Shown here: one piece after another, positions 28,236 through 37,721 of the stretch
Layout of the letters: the number at the start of each line of letters is the position of its first letter
Position numbering within the stretch: the stretch's first letter is position 1
From: Pseudomonadota bacterium
GTDB lineage: Bacteria; Myxococcota_A; UBA9042
Assembly (NCBI GenBank): GCA_041163625.1
Contig: JBEARB010000234.1
Span: 1 to 61,075, forward strand
Reading direction: 5' to 3'
Length of the DNA stretch: 61,075 bases
Notes under the pieces: generated by a model
The model's database searches: none
Told to the model about the DNA's origin: nothing
Seen by the model: the letters and a program-made list of their open reading frames with translations, nothing else
Made by a program: the position numbers and the translations under genes

Positions 28236-28768
28236 GCGCCGGCGACACCGTCCGCGTCGGCCTGATCGCGGCGGTCGGTCGCGACGGCGTGGTCGGTCGC
28301 GACGGCGGCCTGCCGTGGCACCTCCCGGAAGACCTGCGCCACTTCAAGAAGATGACCCGCGGCCACGTGGTCGTGCTCGGACGCCGCACCTGGGAGGAGA
28401 TCGGACGCCCGCTACCCGGCCGGCCGCACGTCGTGGTCAGCGCGAGCCTGCGCGAGCCGCCGCACCCGGAGGTCCGCCTCGCCCACGATCTCGACGAAGC
28501 CCTGCGCATCGGCCGCGTCATCGAGGCCGACGCCGTCGCCGCCGGTCGCGTCGAATCCGGCATCGTCTGGCTGATCGGTGGACCGCGGATCTGGGCCGAA
28601 GGCTGGTCACGCGTGGACGAAGCGTGGCTCACCGAAGTCGACGCCGCCCCCCCCGGCGACACCTACTTCCCTGCCGTCGATTTCGTCGACTTCACGCGGG
28701 AAGTCGTGCGGGTCGAGGCCGGGCCACCGGCGCAGAACTACGTCTGTTGGCGTAGAAAAAGTCCTTGA
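28232..28768 (+). CDS. folA: Dihydrofolate reductase
   Basis: [36 protein letters not shown]; ATGA-coupled to thyA. Confidence 0.92.
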   Translation: MSAGDTVRVGLIAAVGRDGVVGRDGGLPWHLPEDLRHFKKMTRGHVVVLGRRTWEEIGRPLPGRPHVVVSASLREPPHPEVRLAHDLDEALRIGRVIEADAVAAGRVESGIVWLIGGPRIWAEGWSRVDEAWLTEVDAAPPGDTYFPAVDFVDFTREVVRVEAGPPAQNYVCWRRKSP

Positions 28769-28820
28769 CAGCACGGGATCGCAGCTCGTAAATAGCGTTC
28801 ACTTCGTGAATGCCGTTCAC
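28765..28820 (+). promoter_or_regulatory. Promoter with tandem palindromic operators upstream of the TetR gene
   Basis: TTGACA at 28765-28770; GTAAA-TAGCG-TTCAC (28788-28802) and GTGAA-TGCCG-TTCAC (28806-28820) overlap the expected -10/+1 region. Confidence 0.7.
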
Positions 28821-28836
28821 GGAATGAGGTCCTCCG

Positions 28837-29619
28837 ATGGCGCGCTCCTCCGACCAGCCCGACGGAATCGAAGCACCGAAGCCGACACTCGGCCGGGTGG
28901 CGCGGCGACGCGAGCAGCGGCGCGACGAGATCTTGGCGCGCGCCGCGAGCTTGATCGCGAAACACGGCGTGGAGGGTCTGACTGCTGCGCGCCTGGCGGA
29001 GGCGGTCGGGCTGACGCCCGGAGCGCTCTACCGCTATTTCCCAGGCATGAACGCGGTCGTGGCCGGCGTACTGGGCGATATCCTGGCGCGGATCGCGCAG
29101 CGGCATACGCGCGCGTTGGCCGCGCTGGGCCTCGCGCCGGCGGTTCCCCGTGCCATCGCGGCGCTCTACCTCGAGTCGATGGTGCACGCCGAACTGGCGC
29201 GCGAGGCGCCCGAGCGCTTCGGCTTGCTGGCGGTGGCGATCGCCGATCCGCGCGAATTGGTGGGCGAGGAGCGCGCAGTCGCCGTGCGCGGTGCCACCTT
29301 CGACCTGCTGCAACGCAGCGCGTCGGCGTTCTCGGCGGCGCGCAGCTGTGGCGCCCTGCGCGACGATCCGCCGACGCTCCCGGACGGCGACCTCGACCAC
29401 GAGCGCGCGTTCGCTTGGACGTTCGCCGGCCACGGCCTGCTGACGACGCGAAAACTCGCGCGCCGCGCCGGTCAGGAAGCCCTGGTCGACCACCTGCACG
29501 GGCGGCTGCGCCGCGACTTGCTGCGTGCGTGGGGCGCCGAGGACGGACCGATCGCCGCAGGTCGCCGCCTCGCTCAAGACACCTGGGCCAGCATCGGCCC
29601 GCTGGAGAACACCCCATGA
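28837..29619 (+). CDS. TetR/AcrR family transcriptional regulator
   Basis: ILARAASLIAKHGVEGLTAARLAEAVGLTPGALYRYF helix-turn-helix. Confidence 0.9.
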   Translation: MARSSDQPDGIEAPKPTLGRVARRREQRRDEILARAASLIAKHGVEGLTAARLAEAVGLTPGALYRYFPGMNAVVAGVLGDILARIAQRHTRALAALGLAPAVPRAIAALYLESMVHAELAREAPERFGLLAVAIADPRELVGEERAVAVRGATFDLLQRSASAFSAARSCGALRDDPPTLPDGDLDHERAFAWTFAGHGLLTTRKLARRAGQEALVDHLHGRLRRDLLRAWGAEDGPIAAGRRLAQDTWASIGPLENTP

Positions 29620-30176
29620 CCGCGCTCTCGTTGCTTCTGGTCGCGTTGCTCGGCGCCTTCGGTTGGACGCTGACGGAGTACCTCTTGCACCGCTTCGCCG
29701 GCCACAAACCGCGCGGCCGCAGCCCGCTGACGCGCGAGCACATGGCGCACCACGCCGACCCCGACTACTTCACCCCGTGGTGGCGCAAGCTGGCGCTGGC
29801 GGTGCCGGTGGTCGGCCTCGGCTCGGCGCTGACGATGCCGCTCTTCGGTCTGCACGGCGTCGCCTTCGTGCTCGGTTTCGTCGCTGGCTGGCTCGGCTAC
29901 GAGGTGCTGCATCGACGCATCCACACCCACGCGCCGCTCGGGCGCTTCGGCGATTGGGCGCGGCGGCACCACCTCGCGCATCACTTCACCGATCCGGCGA
30001 TGAACCACGGCGTCACGCTGCCGCTCTGGGACCAGCTCTTCGGCACGCTGCGCCCAGCGCCGCAGGTGCGCATTCCTGCGCGCCGTGTGCCGCGTTGGCT
30101 CGCGCGTACAGACGGCGGCATCGAAGAGCGGTATGCTGGCGTCTACGTGGTCGCCGGACGCGGCGGCCCGCGCTGA
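29616..30176 (+). CDS. Fatty acid hydroxylase / sterol desaturase family
   Basis: EYLLHRFAGH, HMAHH, YEVLHRRIH, HHLAHHF His boxes, NHGVT..WD..FGT; ATGA overlap. Confidence 0.9.
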   Translation: MTALSLLLVALLGAFGWTLTEYLLHRFAGHKPRGRSPLTREHMAHHADPDYFTPWWRKLALAVPVVGLGSALTMPLFGLHGVAFVLGFVAGWLGYEVLHRRIHTHAPLGRFGDWARRHHLAHHFTDPAMNHGVTLPLWDQLFGTLRPAPQVRIPARRVPRWLARTDGGIEERYAGVYVVAGRGGPR

Positions 30177-30205
30177 GCTCCCGAGCCGGCGCAGGGGAGG
30201 CTGGC

Positions 30206-33200
30206 TTGTTCGACGCCCACGTTCGCGCATTCGGTTCGCGCCCTGCCTTCGCGGGCGCCACGCTGCTCCTGCTCGCACTCGGTGCTTGCAGCGACGACAG
30301 CGGCACCAACAACAGCGGCATCGCCCTCGGCGACGTCTTCGGCGGCGGCGGCGCGCTCTTCGACGGCAGCGGCGGCGGCACCGACGCGGCCGGTCCCGCG
30401 GGGGACGCGAGCCTGGACTGCCCCGGCGGCGCCTTCTGTCCCTGCAACGACAACGCCGATTGCGACAGCAGCCTCTGTATCGAGAGCCCGGACGGCCGCG
30501 TCTGCGCGCAATTCTGCGTCGCGGATTGCCCGGAAGGTTGGGCCTGCAAGGTCGTGCAGCCGCCGGGCAGCGACGTCGTCACGATGTGTACGCCGCGTTG
30601 GGGCAAATTGTGCAACCCGTGCGAGGTGTCGAGCGAGTGCGATGCCCTCGGCGTGAGCGGCGCGCTCTGCCTCGACCTCGGCCAAGCCGGCGGCTTCTGC
30701 GGTGCGCCCTGCGGGGTGGACGCGGATTGCCCCTCGACCCATCGCTGCAAGCCCGTGCCCGGCAAGGACGGCGGCCAGGCGTCGCAATGCGTGCCCGAGC
30801 CGGTGGCCGGCGACGACGATTTGGCGGCCGGCTGTGCGTGCAGCAAGGCGGCGATCGCGGCCTCGCTCGCGACCAGCTGCGCCGTCGACGTGATCGGCGC
30901 CGGCGGCGCGGTCGTCGGCACCTGCGTCGGTGAACGCCGCTGCCTCTCCGACGGCCTCGGCGATTGCACCGTCCCCGCCGAGACCGTCGAGGTCTGCGAC
31001 GGCCTCGACAACGACTGCGACGGCAAGACCGACGTCGGCGCATGCGACGACGGCAACGCCTGCACCCTCGACGCCTGCAACCCCGGCGGCGACGGCGACG
31101 GCTGCACGCACACCGCGACCACCGGCGCCTGCGATGCCGACGGCGACGCCTGTACCGAGGGCGACAGCTGCGCGACCGGCACCTGCAAGCCCGGCCCCGC
31201 CAAGAATTGCGACGACCAAAACCCCTGCACCCTCGATACCTGCGATCCGACCAGCGGCTGCAAGCAGACGCCCGACGACGGTAAGCCCTGCGACGACGAG
31301 AACCCTTGCACCATCGGCGATGTCTGCGGCAGCGGCCAATGCCAGGGCGGCGCCGCGAAGTCGTGCACCTCGGGCGACCCCTGCGTCGACGCCAAGTGCA
31401 AGCTGACCTCCGGAAAGTGCGAGTTCTCCGACAAGCCCGAGGGTGCCCCCTGCGACGACGGCTCGCTGTGCACCACGGGCGACGCCTGCACGTCCGGCAA
31501 CTGCAGCGGCGTCGCGGCCAACTGCGACGACAAGAACTCCTGCACCCTCGACAGCTGCGAGGCCAGCACCGGCTGCAAACACCAAGCGACCACCGACGGC
31601 GGCGCCTGTGAGGACGGCAACGCCTGCACCAAGGGCGGCACCTGCAAGGCGGGCGCCTGCGTCGGCGGCGTGGCCGGCACCTGCGACGACGGCGACCCCT
31701 GCACCGAAGACTACTGCGACCAGGTCACCAACACCTGCAAGGCCAACCCCAAAGCGGGCTGCGGCAACTATTGCGGCAAGCCGGCCGACTGCGCCGACGA
31801 CGGCAACCCGTGCACGACGACCGTCTGCGACGTGCCCGCCGGCGCCGCCGTGGGCACGTGCGGCAAAGCCCCGCAGAGCGGCGCCTGCGACGACGGCAAC
31901 CCCTGCACCCAGAACGACGCCTGTGCCAATGGCGTCTGCGCCGGCCAGGGCAAGAACTGCGACGACGGCAACAACTGCACCGTCGACGCCTGCGACGCGC
32001 AGACGCAGGGCTGCACGCACGCGGCGAATTGCACGCTCGGCCAGGCCTGCCAGGGCGCCGGCGACTGCAAAGAGGGCGCCTGCATCGACGGCAAGTGCAC
32101 GGCCGTCGCGCAGTGTCGGCCGATCGGCAAGACCTCGACCGGCGCGCTCGGCGCGATCAGCCTCTCGGGTAGCGCCGTCATCGACACCGACGCCGGCACG
32201 ATCGTGCAGGGCAGCAAGACCGTGGTGGCGGCCGGCGCAGCGGGCGTCGAGTTGGTCCCCGGGCCAGGCGGTCAGGGCCCGAAGCTGCGCGTCTTCCACG
32301 TCGAGAGCTTCACGGCGGCGCTGAACGCGACCGTCACCGTGCAGGGCAGCTTCGGCTTGGTCATCGTCGCCAAGGCGGGCGTGAACATCAGCGGCACGCT
32401 CGACGCGCGCGGCAAGAACGGCACCGCCGGCGGCGAGAACACCGGCGGCACCGGCGGCGCGGGCGGCCCGGGCGGCAGCGCCGGCGGCAGCTGGAAGAGC
32501 GGCCCCGGCTGCGACGCCAGCAACGGCAACGGCCAAGGCCCCGGCGGCAGCCCGCGCGGACAATGCGGCGGCGGCGGCCAGAAGGGCGGCCAGGGCACCA
32601 ATGGCGGCGGCGCGGGTGGCGGCGGCGGCGGCTGCGGCGGCACGGGCGGGCCCGGCGGTAGCTACGCCAACCCGGGCGAGACGGGCTACGCCGGCGCGGC
32701 CGCCGAGAACGGCAAGAACGGCCTCGGCTTCGCGGGCGCCGGGGTGGGCGGCGGCGGTTGCCTGCAGGCCGCGGGCGACGCCGGTCCCGGTCAGCCCTAC
32801 GGCGACGACGCGATGACCGTCTTCTGGGGCGGCAGCGGCGGCGGCGCCGGCGGCTTCGGCGGCTTCCACGGCTTCGGCGGCGACGCCAAGGGCACCGACG
32901 GCGCGGCCTACGGCGGCTTGAAGGGCTTCTCCGGCGGCAGCGGCGGCGGCGGCGGCGGCGGCGGCCTGGTCGTGCTCTGCGGCGGCGCGGACGTCTACGT
33001 CAGCGGCACGGTCGACGCCAGCGGCGGCAACGGTGCGACGGGCGGATCCTCCGGCTTCCCTGAGAACGGCGGCTCGGCCGGGTTCACCGCCAAGCAGCCG
33101 GTCGGCGGCGGCGGCGGCGCGGGCCGTTCCGGCGGTGGCGGCGGCGGCGGCGGCGGATCGGGCGGCACGATCTTCCTCTCGGCGCCGAAGATCGTCGCGA

Positions 33201-33427
33201 GCTCGGGCAAGCTCCTGACGGCGGGCGGCACCGGCACCAGCGGCGGCTTCGCCTTCAGCGGCGGCCAAGGCGGCCCCGGCAAGAACGGCGGCAGCTTCGG
33301 CGGCAACGGCGGCGCCGGTGGCAAGGGCGGGGCCGGAGGCAAGGGCTCGATCGGTCGGATCCGCGTCGAGGCAGGCAGCGCCGCGCTCGGCAACTACACC
33401 GGCAAGCTCACGCAGGGGGGCTTGTAG
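30206..33427 (+). CDS. Large Cys-rich repeat lipoprotein with a C-terminal glycine-rich domain
   Basis: GGGGAGG + TTG; lipobox LGAC; many CDDxNxCTxDxC repeats; C-terminal GGxGG tracts with GGSGGTIFL and GRIRVE. Confidence 0.85.
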   Translation: MFDAHVRAFGSRPAFAGATLLLLALGACSDDSGTNNSGIALGDVFGGGGALFDGSGGGTDAAGPAGDASLDCPGGAFCPCNDNADCDSSLCIESPDGRVCAQFCVADCPEGWACKVVQPPGSDVVTMCTPRWGKLCNPCEVSSECDALGVSGALCLDLGQAGGFCGAPCGVDADCPSTHRCKPVPGKDGGQASQCVPEPVAGDDDLAAGCACSKAAIAASLATSCAVDVIGAGGAVVGTCVGERRCLSDGLGDCTVPAETVEVCDGLDNDCDGKTDVGACDDGNACTLDACNPGGDGDGCTHTATTGACDADGDACTEGDSCATGTCKPGPAKNCDDQNPCTLDTCDPTSGCKQTPDDGKPCDDENPCTIGDVCGSGQCQGGAAKSCTSGDPCVDAKCKLTSGKCEFSDKPEGAPCDDGSLCTTGDACTSGNCSGVAANCDDKNSCTLDSCEASTGCKHQATTDGGACEDGNACTKGGTCKAGACVGGVAGTCDDGDPCTEDYCDQVTNTCKANPKAGCGNYCGKPADCADDGNPCTTTVCDVPAGAAVGTCGKAPQSGACDDGNPCTQNDACANGVCAGQGKNCDDGNNCTVDACDAQTQGCTHAANCTLGQACQGAGDCKEGACIDGKCTAVAQCRPIGKTSTGALGAISLSGSAVIDTDAGTIVQGSKTVVAAGAAGVELVPGPGGQGPKLRVFHVESFTAALNATVTVQGSFGLVIVAKAGVNISGTLDARGKNGTAGGENTGGTGGAGGPGGSAGGSWKSGPGCDASNGNGQGPGGSPRGQCGGGGQKGGQGTNGGGAGGGGGGCGGTGGPGGSYANPGETGYAGAAAENGKNGLGFAGAGVGGGGCLQAAGDAGPGQPYGDDAMTVFWGGSGGGAGGFGGFHGFGGDAKGTDGAAYGGLKGFSGGSGGGGGGGGLVVLCGGADVYVSGTVDASGGNGATGGSSGFPENGGSAGFTAKQPVGGGGGAGRSGGGGGGGGGSGGTIFLSAPKIVASSGKLLTAGGTGTSGGFAFSGGQGGPGKNGGSFGGNGGAGGKGGAGGKGSIGRIRVEAGSAALGNYTGKLTQGGL

Positions 33428-33935
33428 GCGGCGCAGGGTGCAGATGCCCGCATTCCGGGCAGGTTCGCAGCGCTTCCGAGGCATAGAAGCGCGCGAAGAC
33501 CGGCGCGAGCTGGGTCGTCGTATCGGTCAGGTGGAACCACTCTTCGTGCACCACCGCGCTGCAGGCGGGGCAATACCAGCGCACACCGTCGAGCTCGCCC
33601 TCCTCGCGGGCGTATTCGCAAACGACGCCGACGGTATCGGCGAAGCGCTGCGGCGAGTGCGGCACGTTGGCCGGCAGCAGGTAGAGCTCGCCCTGCCGGA
33701 TCCATTGATCCTTGAATTCGCCGTCATCGACGATGCGCAGGAGCATGTCTCCCTGGATCTGATAGAAGATCTCTTCGCGCGGATCGATGTGCCAATCGGT
33801 CCGCTCGTTCGGTCCGCCGACGACGAAGAGCATGAAACCGCCCTCGTTGTAGACGTTCTTGTTGCCCACGGGCGGGCGCAACGAGGCCCGGTTGGACTCG
33901 ATCCAGGGCATCAGCGGAATCGGTGGCTTGATCAC
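33408..33935 (-). CDS. nbaC: 3-hydroxyanthranilate 3,4-dioxygenase
   Basis: PPVGNK, VGGPNERTDWH, EEIFYQ, VPHSPQR, rubredoxin-like CPAC...CPECG; GGAGG before GTG. Confidence 0.92.
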   Translation of the reverse strand: MIKPPIPLMPWIESNRASLRPPVGNKNVYNEGGFMLFVVGGPNERTDWHIDPREEIFYQIQGDMLLRIVDDGEFKDQWIRQGELYLLPANVPHSPQRFADTVGVVCEYAREEGELDGVRWYCPACSAVVHEEWFHLTDTTTQLAPVFARFYASEALRTCPECGHLHPAPPTSPPA

Positions 33936-34030
33936 GGCGGACCTCCTCGGGCAGAACGCTCTGCCCAATGCTACCGCATGGCGGCCGAACGGGAAGACGC
34001 GCGGACGCTGCCGCGCCGAACGGAGACTCG

Positions 34031-34972
34031 ATGATCGGTCGCAAGGACGCACGCGCCTGGGGCGTCGGCAGCCCGACGGCGCTCGCCGCCAAGGCGGGCC
34101 TGGCGACGGCGTTGGCGCTGGCGGTCACACGGCTCGCCGGCGTGCCCGACAGCGTCTCGAGCACGCTCGTCGCCGTCATCTGCGTCTCGCCGACCGTCCT
34201 GGCGGGCTTGCAGCGCGCCGGCACGCAGGCGTTGGCGAGCCTGCTCGGCGGAGCACTCGCCACCGCCATCGCGTTCGTCGGCCTGCCGGTCGGCCTCGGG
34301 CTACCGGTCGCAGTCGCGCTGACGGCGTTGCTGGTGGTGCCGCTCGGGCTGGCGCAGGGCCTGGGCGTGGCCGCATTCACGGCGATCTACGTCTTCCTGC
34401 TGCCCAAGGGCGACCCGGAAGACACGCTGCTGGTTCGCATGGCCGCGGTCGGCATCGGCGCCGGCTCGGCGATGCTGGTCAACAGCGTCGTCAGCGCGCT
34501 CTCGTACCGACGCATCTTCGCACGTCGGATGCGGGTCGCCGCCGAGCGGCTGGCCGAAGCCGTCGAGGCCCTCGCGGACGGCGCCGCGGCCGACAGCATC
34601 CTGCCGACCTTCGGACCGATCGGAGAATTGAACGCCGAGTTGGTCGTGGCCGAGCGCGAGCTGCTGCTGCGTCGGGCGCAGTTCCAGCGCGACGAGATCG
34701 CCAATATGCGCCGCGGCGCCCGCAATCTCGGGCGAATCGCGCATTTCGCGCGCGACCTCGCGCTCGCCCTCGAAGAGGCGCAGGAGCCGATGCTCGACGC
34801 GGATCGGGTGGTGCTGCGCCACGTCGCGGCCCGCCTGCGCGGTCGCGGCGGTGGCGGCCATCCCGAGCCCGCGGGCGAGATCGGCGCGCGCCTGCTGGCG
34901 AGCTGCGGGCGCTATTGTGAGGCGATGCGCAGCGAGACGCTGCCGAGCGCCTCGACGGTCGCGCGCACGTAG
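34031..34972 (+). CDS. Aromatic acid exporter / FUSC-like membrane protein
   Basis: AKAGLATALA...VAVICVSPT N-terminal motif, several hydrophobic helices, helical C-terminus. Confidence 0.6.
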   Translation: MIGRKDARAWGVGSPTALAAKAGLATALALAVTRLAGVPDSVSSTLVAVICVSPTVLAGLQRAGTQALASLLGGALATAIAFVGLPVGLGLPVAVALTALLVVPLGLAQGLGVAAFTAIYVFLLPKGDPEDTLLVRMAAVGIGAGSAMLVNSVVSALSYRRIFARRMRVAAERLAEAVEALADGAAADSILPTFGPIGELNAELVVAERELLLRRAQFQRDEIANMRRGARNLGRIAHFARDLALALEEAQEPMLDADRVVLRHVAARLRGRGGGGHPEPAGEIGARLLASCGRYCEAMRSETLPSASTVART

Positions 34973-35745
34973 CGCTTGCCCTGCAACGGCACCGCAGCGG
35001 TGGCGGCGCCGGCGAGCACCACCTCGCCGCGTCGCAAGCCCTGGCCCTGCTCGGCGAGCGAGCGCTGCAACGAGGCGAGCGCGTGCTGCGGTCCGTCGAG
35101 GATCGCGGCCGCCGAGGCGGTATGTGCCACCGTTCCGTCGACCTCGAAGACGACGCCCAGGTCTTCGAGCTGAAGCCCGCGCCGACGCAGCTCCGAGGGC
35201 CGCAAGCCGGGGCCGCCGAGGACGTAGCGGGCGGCCGAGGTGTTGTCGGCGACGACGTCGGCCAGGGTGAAGCGGAAGTTCTCGTAGCGCGAGTCGATGA
35301 CCTCGAGCGCCGGCACGACCAGCGCCATCGCGTCGAGCAGCTCGGCGGTGCTCGGGTTGCCCTCGACGTCGCGGCCGACGACGAAGGCGATCTCCGGCTC
35401 GACCCGCGGATGGCAGAAGCCGCTCAGCGCGAGGGTGGCCCCGTCGGGCAAGGCGGTCGCGCTGCCGAGGCGGCCACGGATCGGCTCGTGGACGCCGACC
35501 TGCACCATCTTTGCGCGGCTCGTCAGGCCCATCTTCCAGCCGGTCAGCGTCTCGCCTGCCTCTTGCCGCAGCGCGAAGCCGACCCGCTGGATCGCTTCGG
35601 CGGTGTCGGCATCCAGCTGCGGCCAACGCTCGGTGAGCTGACGCATCGGCTGACCGCGACGGCGCGCCTCGTCCAGGCGCCGCGCGGCCTCCTGGACGAC
35701 GGGGTCGAGGTCGAGATCGTGGAAATCGAGCGTGGATAGGCGCAT
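34912..35745 (-). CDS. Fumarylacetoacetate hydrolase family (4-oxalocrotonate decarboxylase / 2-keto-4-pentenoate hydratase-like)
   Basis: GWKMGLTSRAK, HPRVEPEIAF, LEVIDSRYENFRF, VVADNTS. Confidence 0.88.
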   Translation of the reverse strand: MRLSTLDFHDLDLDPVVQEAARRLDEARRRGQPMRQLTERWPQLDADTAEAIQRVGFALRQEAGETLTGWKMGLTSRAKMVQVGVHEPIRGRLGSATALPDGATLALSGFCHPRVEPEIAFVVGRDVEGNPSTAELLDAMALVVPALEVIDSRYENFRFTLADVVADNTSAARYVLGGPGLRPSELRRRGLQLEDLGVVFEVDGTVAHTASAAAILDGPQHALASLQRSLAEQGQGLRRGEVVLAGAATAAVPLQGKRYVRATVEALGSVSLRIASQ

Positions 35746-35802
35746 CGGGACTCCGGGCGACGGCGCGCCACGCGGCACGCCAGGAGCTACCCCCGCCGCC
35801 AC

Positions 35803-35828
35803 TGGCGATTTCTCGGTCGCGTCTCTAG
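35803..35828. repeat. End remnant of the 172-bp element
   Basis: TGGCGATTTCTCGGTCGCGTCTCTAG matches 44698-44723 at 22/26 positions; lies in a divergent intergenic region. Confidence 0.65.
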
Positions 35829-35848
35829 GCTGCCCGCGGAGGCACATC

Positions 35849-37024
35849 ATGGCAACGAACGACCCGCACCCCGGCGACGACGGCATCGACCGCGAGGCCC
35901 TGCTCTCGACCCTGCACCGCTTCGTCGAGCGCGAGATCGTCCCGCACCTCGACGGCTGGGAGGCCGCCGGCACCCTGCCCCGTTCGCTCTACAAGACCGC
36001 GGGCGAGCTCGGCCTGCTCGCGCTCGGCTTCCCCGAGGCGTACGGCGGCGTCCCGTGCAGCAACGAGACCACCGTGGCCGTCGTCGAGGCGCTGGCGCGC
36101 GCCGGCTCCGGCGGCCTGATCGCCGGCCTGCTCAGCCACGGTATCGCGCTGCCGGCCATCGTCGCGCTGGGCAGCCCCGAGCTCTGCGAGACCGTCGTCA
36201 CCCCGACGCTGGCGGGCCGCACCATCGCGGCGCTGGCGGTGACCGAGCCCGGTGGCGGCTCGGACGTCGCCAACCTCCGCACCAGCGCCCGCCGCGATGG
36301 CGACGACTACGTCCTGGACGGCGCCAAGACCTTCATCACCTCGGGCGTCGCCGCCGATTGGCTGACCGTGGCCGCGCGCACCGGCGGCCCGGGCTTCGGC
36401 GGCGTCACGCTCTTCGCGGTCCCTGGCGCGAGCGCTGGGCTGACGCGCCGACCGCTGCACAAGATGGGCTGGTGGTGCTCGGATACCGCGGAGATCCACC
36501 TGGACGGCGTGCGGGTGCCGGCGCACCTGCGCATCGGCGACGAGGGCACGGGCTTCCCGGCGCTGATGGCGAACTTCAACCGCGAGCGGCTGATGATCGC
36601 GGCGATGGCGGTCGCGTTCGCGCGCGTGGCCACCGACGACGCCCTCGATTGGTGCCGCAGCCGCGAGACCTTCGGCCGGCCGCTGGTGCAGCGTCAGGTC
36701 GTGCGCCACCGCCTGGTCGCGATGGAGACGGCCGTCCGCGCCGCGCGGGCGTTCTTGCTCGAGACCGCGCGGGCCGTCGACGCCAAGGCCGCCGAAGGCG
36801 AAGGCGCCGACGCCGACCTGGTCGCCGAGGTCTGCATGGTCAAGAACCACTGCACCGCGATGCTGGAGCACGTCGCCGGCGACGCCGTGCAGCTGCTCGG
36901 CGGCATGGGCTACATGCGCGGCGTCCGCGTCGAGCGCATCTTCCGCGAGACCAAGGTGCTGTCGATCGGGGGCGGCGCGAGCGAGATCCTCACCGACCTC
37001 GCGGCGCGCCAACTCGGCTTCTGA
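35849..37024 (+). CDS. Acyl-CoA dehydrogenase
   Basis: AVTEPGGGSDVA, GAKTFITSG, KMGWWCSDTAE, FNRERL, RETFG, GGMGY, IGGGASEI. Confidence 0.93.
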   Translation: MATNDPHPGDDGIDREALLSTLHRFVEREIVPHLDGWEAAGTLPRSLYKTAGELGLLALGFPEAYGGVPCSNETTVAVVEALARAGSGGLIAGLLSHGIALPAIVALGSPELCETVVTPTLAGRTIAALAVTEPGGGSDVANLRTSARRDGDDYVLDGAKTFITSGVAADWLTVAARTGGPGFGGVTLFAVPGASAGLTRRPLHKMGWWCSDTAEIHLDGVRVPAHLRIGDEGTGFPALMANFNRERLMIAAMAVAFARVATDDALDWCRSRETFGRPLVQRQVVRHRLVAMETAVRAARAFLLETARAVDAKAAEGEGADADLVAEVCMVKNHCTAMLEHVAGDAVQLLGGMGYMRGVRVERIFRETKVLSIGGGASEILTDLAARQLGF

Positions 37025-37027
37025 GCC

Positions 37028-37567
37028 TCAATCGGGCCAATCGCCCTCGTCCTCGCCGTCGAGCGCGTCGGCCCAATACGAGATCAGCTCCATATCGTCG
37101 ATGATCCGGGAGTGGTAGTGCCCCCAGACGTCGGAGAGCTGCACGCACTCGCCCTGCGAGAGGCGCGGCGTGAGGTAGATCGCGTAGTAGCTCGCGCCGG
37201 ATCCGTCCTCGACCTCGCCGACCTTCTCGAGCGGCGCGCCGCTGCGCGGGCAGAACAGCTCGCACTGCGTCCCGGCGGGCAGGTCTTCCATGCCGACCTT
37301 GCGGGCGTCGCCGTGGATCGGCGAGAGGTGCACGACGCCCTCGCGGCCCGCTGCGCGCACACCGACCGTCACCGCCGGCCAGCCGTCGAAGGTGACCTCG
37401 GGGTTGATCATGCTCTCGCCGGTCGGGCCGTAAGCGGCCGAGACGACGATGAGCGGCTCGTCGACGCCGGGTCCTGCTTCGCTCTCCGCGATGGAGACGT
37501 GCGGCTCCGCGAGGACGCGGTGCTTTCCGGTGAGTCGAAAACGGCTGCGGTCGTTGTCGTTCGCCAT
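37028..37567 (-). CDS. Hypothetical protein
   Basis: Clean ORF with RBS and coding codon bias; motifs HLSPIHG, ELFCP, WGHYHS; no family recognised. Confidence 0.7.
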   Translation of the reverse strand: MANDNDRSRFRLTGKHRVLAEPHVSIAESEAGPGVDEPLIVVSAAYGPTGESMINPEVTFDGWPAVTVGVRAAGREGVVHLSPIHGDARKVGMEDLPAGTQCELFCPRSGAPLEKVGEVEDGSGASYYAIYLTPRLSQGECVQLSDVWGHYHSRIIDDMELISYWADALDGEDEGDWPD

Positions 37568-37721
37568 TGGCTCCCCCCTCGGCTCGCGCCCGGTCGTGGC
37601 GTCGGCAGGCTACCGACCCTCGCGCTCGCGTCAATGCCGCCTCGACGGGGGGGCCAAGCGACGCATCGACATCATCGGCCGGCTGCCCCATCCTCGTGCT
37701 CCAACCGACCAGGAGGCACCG

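Noticed and set aside
32400-33427. Mycobacterial PE_PGRS or collagen
   Set aside because: No PE domain and no strict Gly-X-Y periodicity; the similarity is compositional
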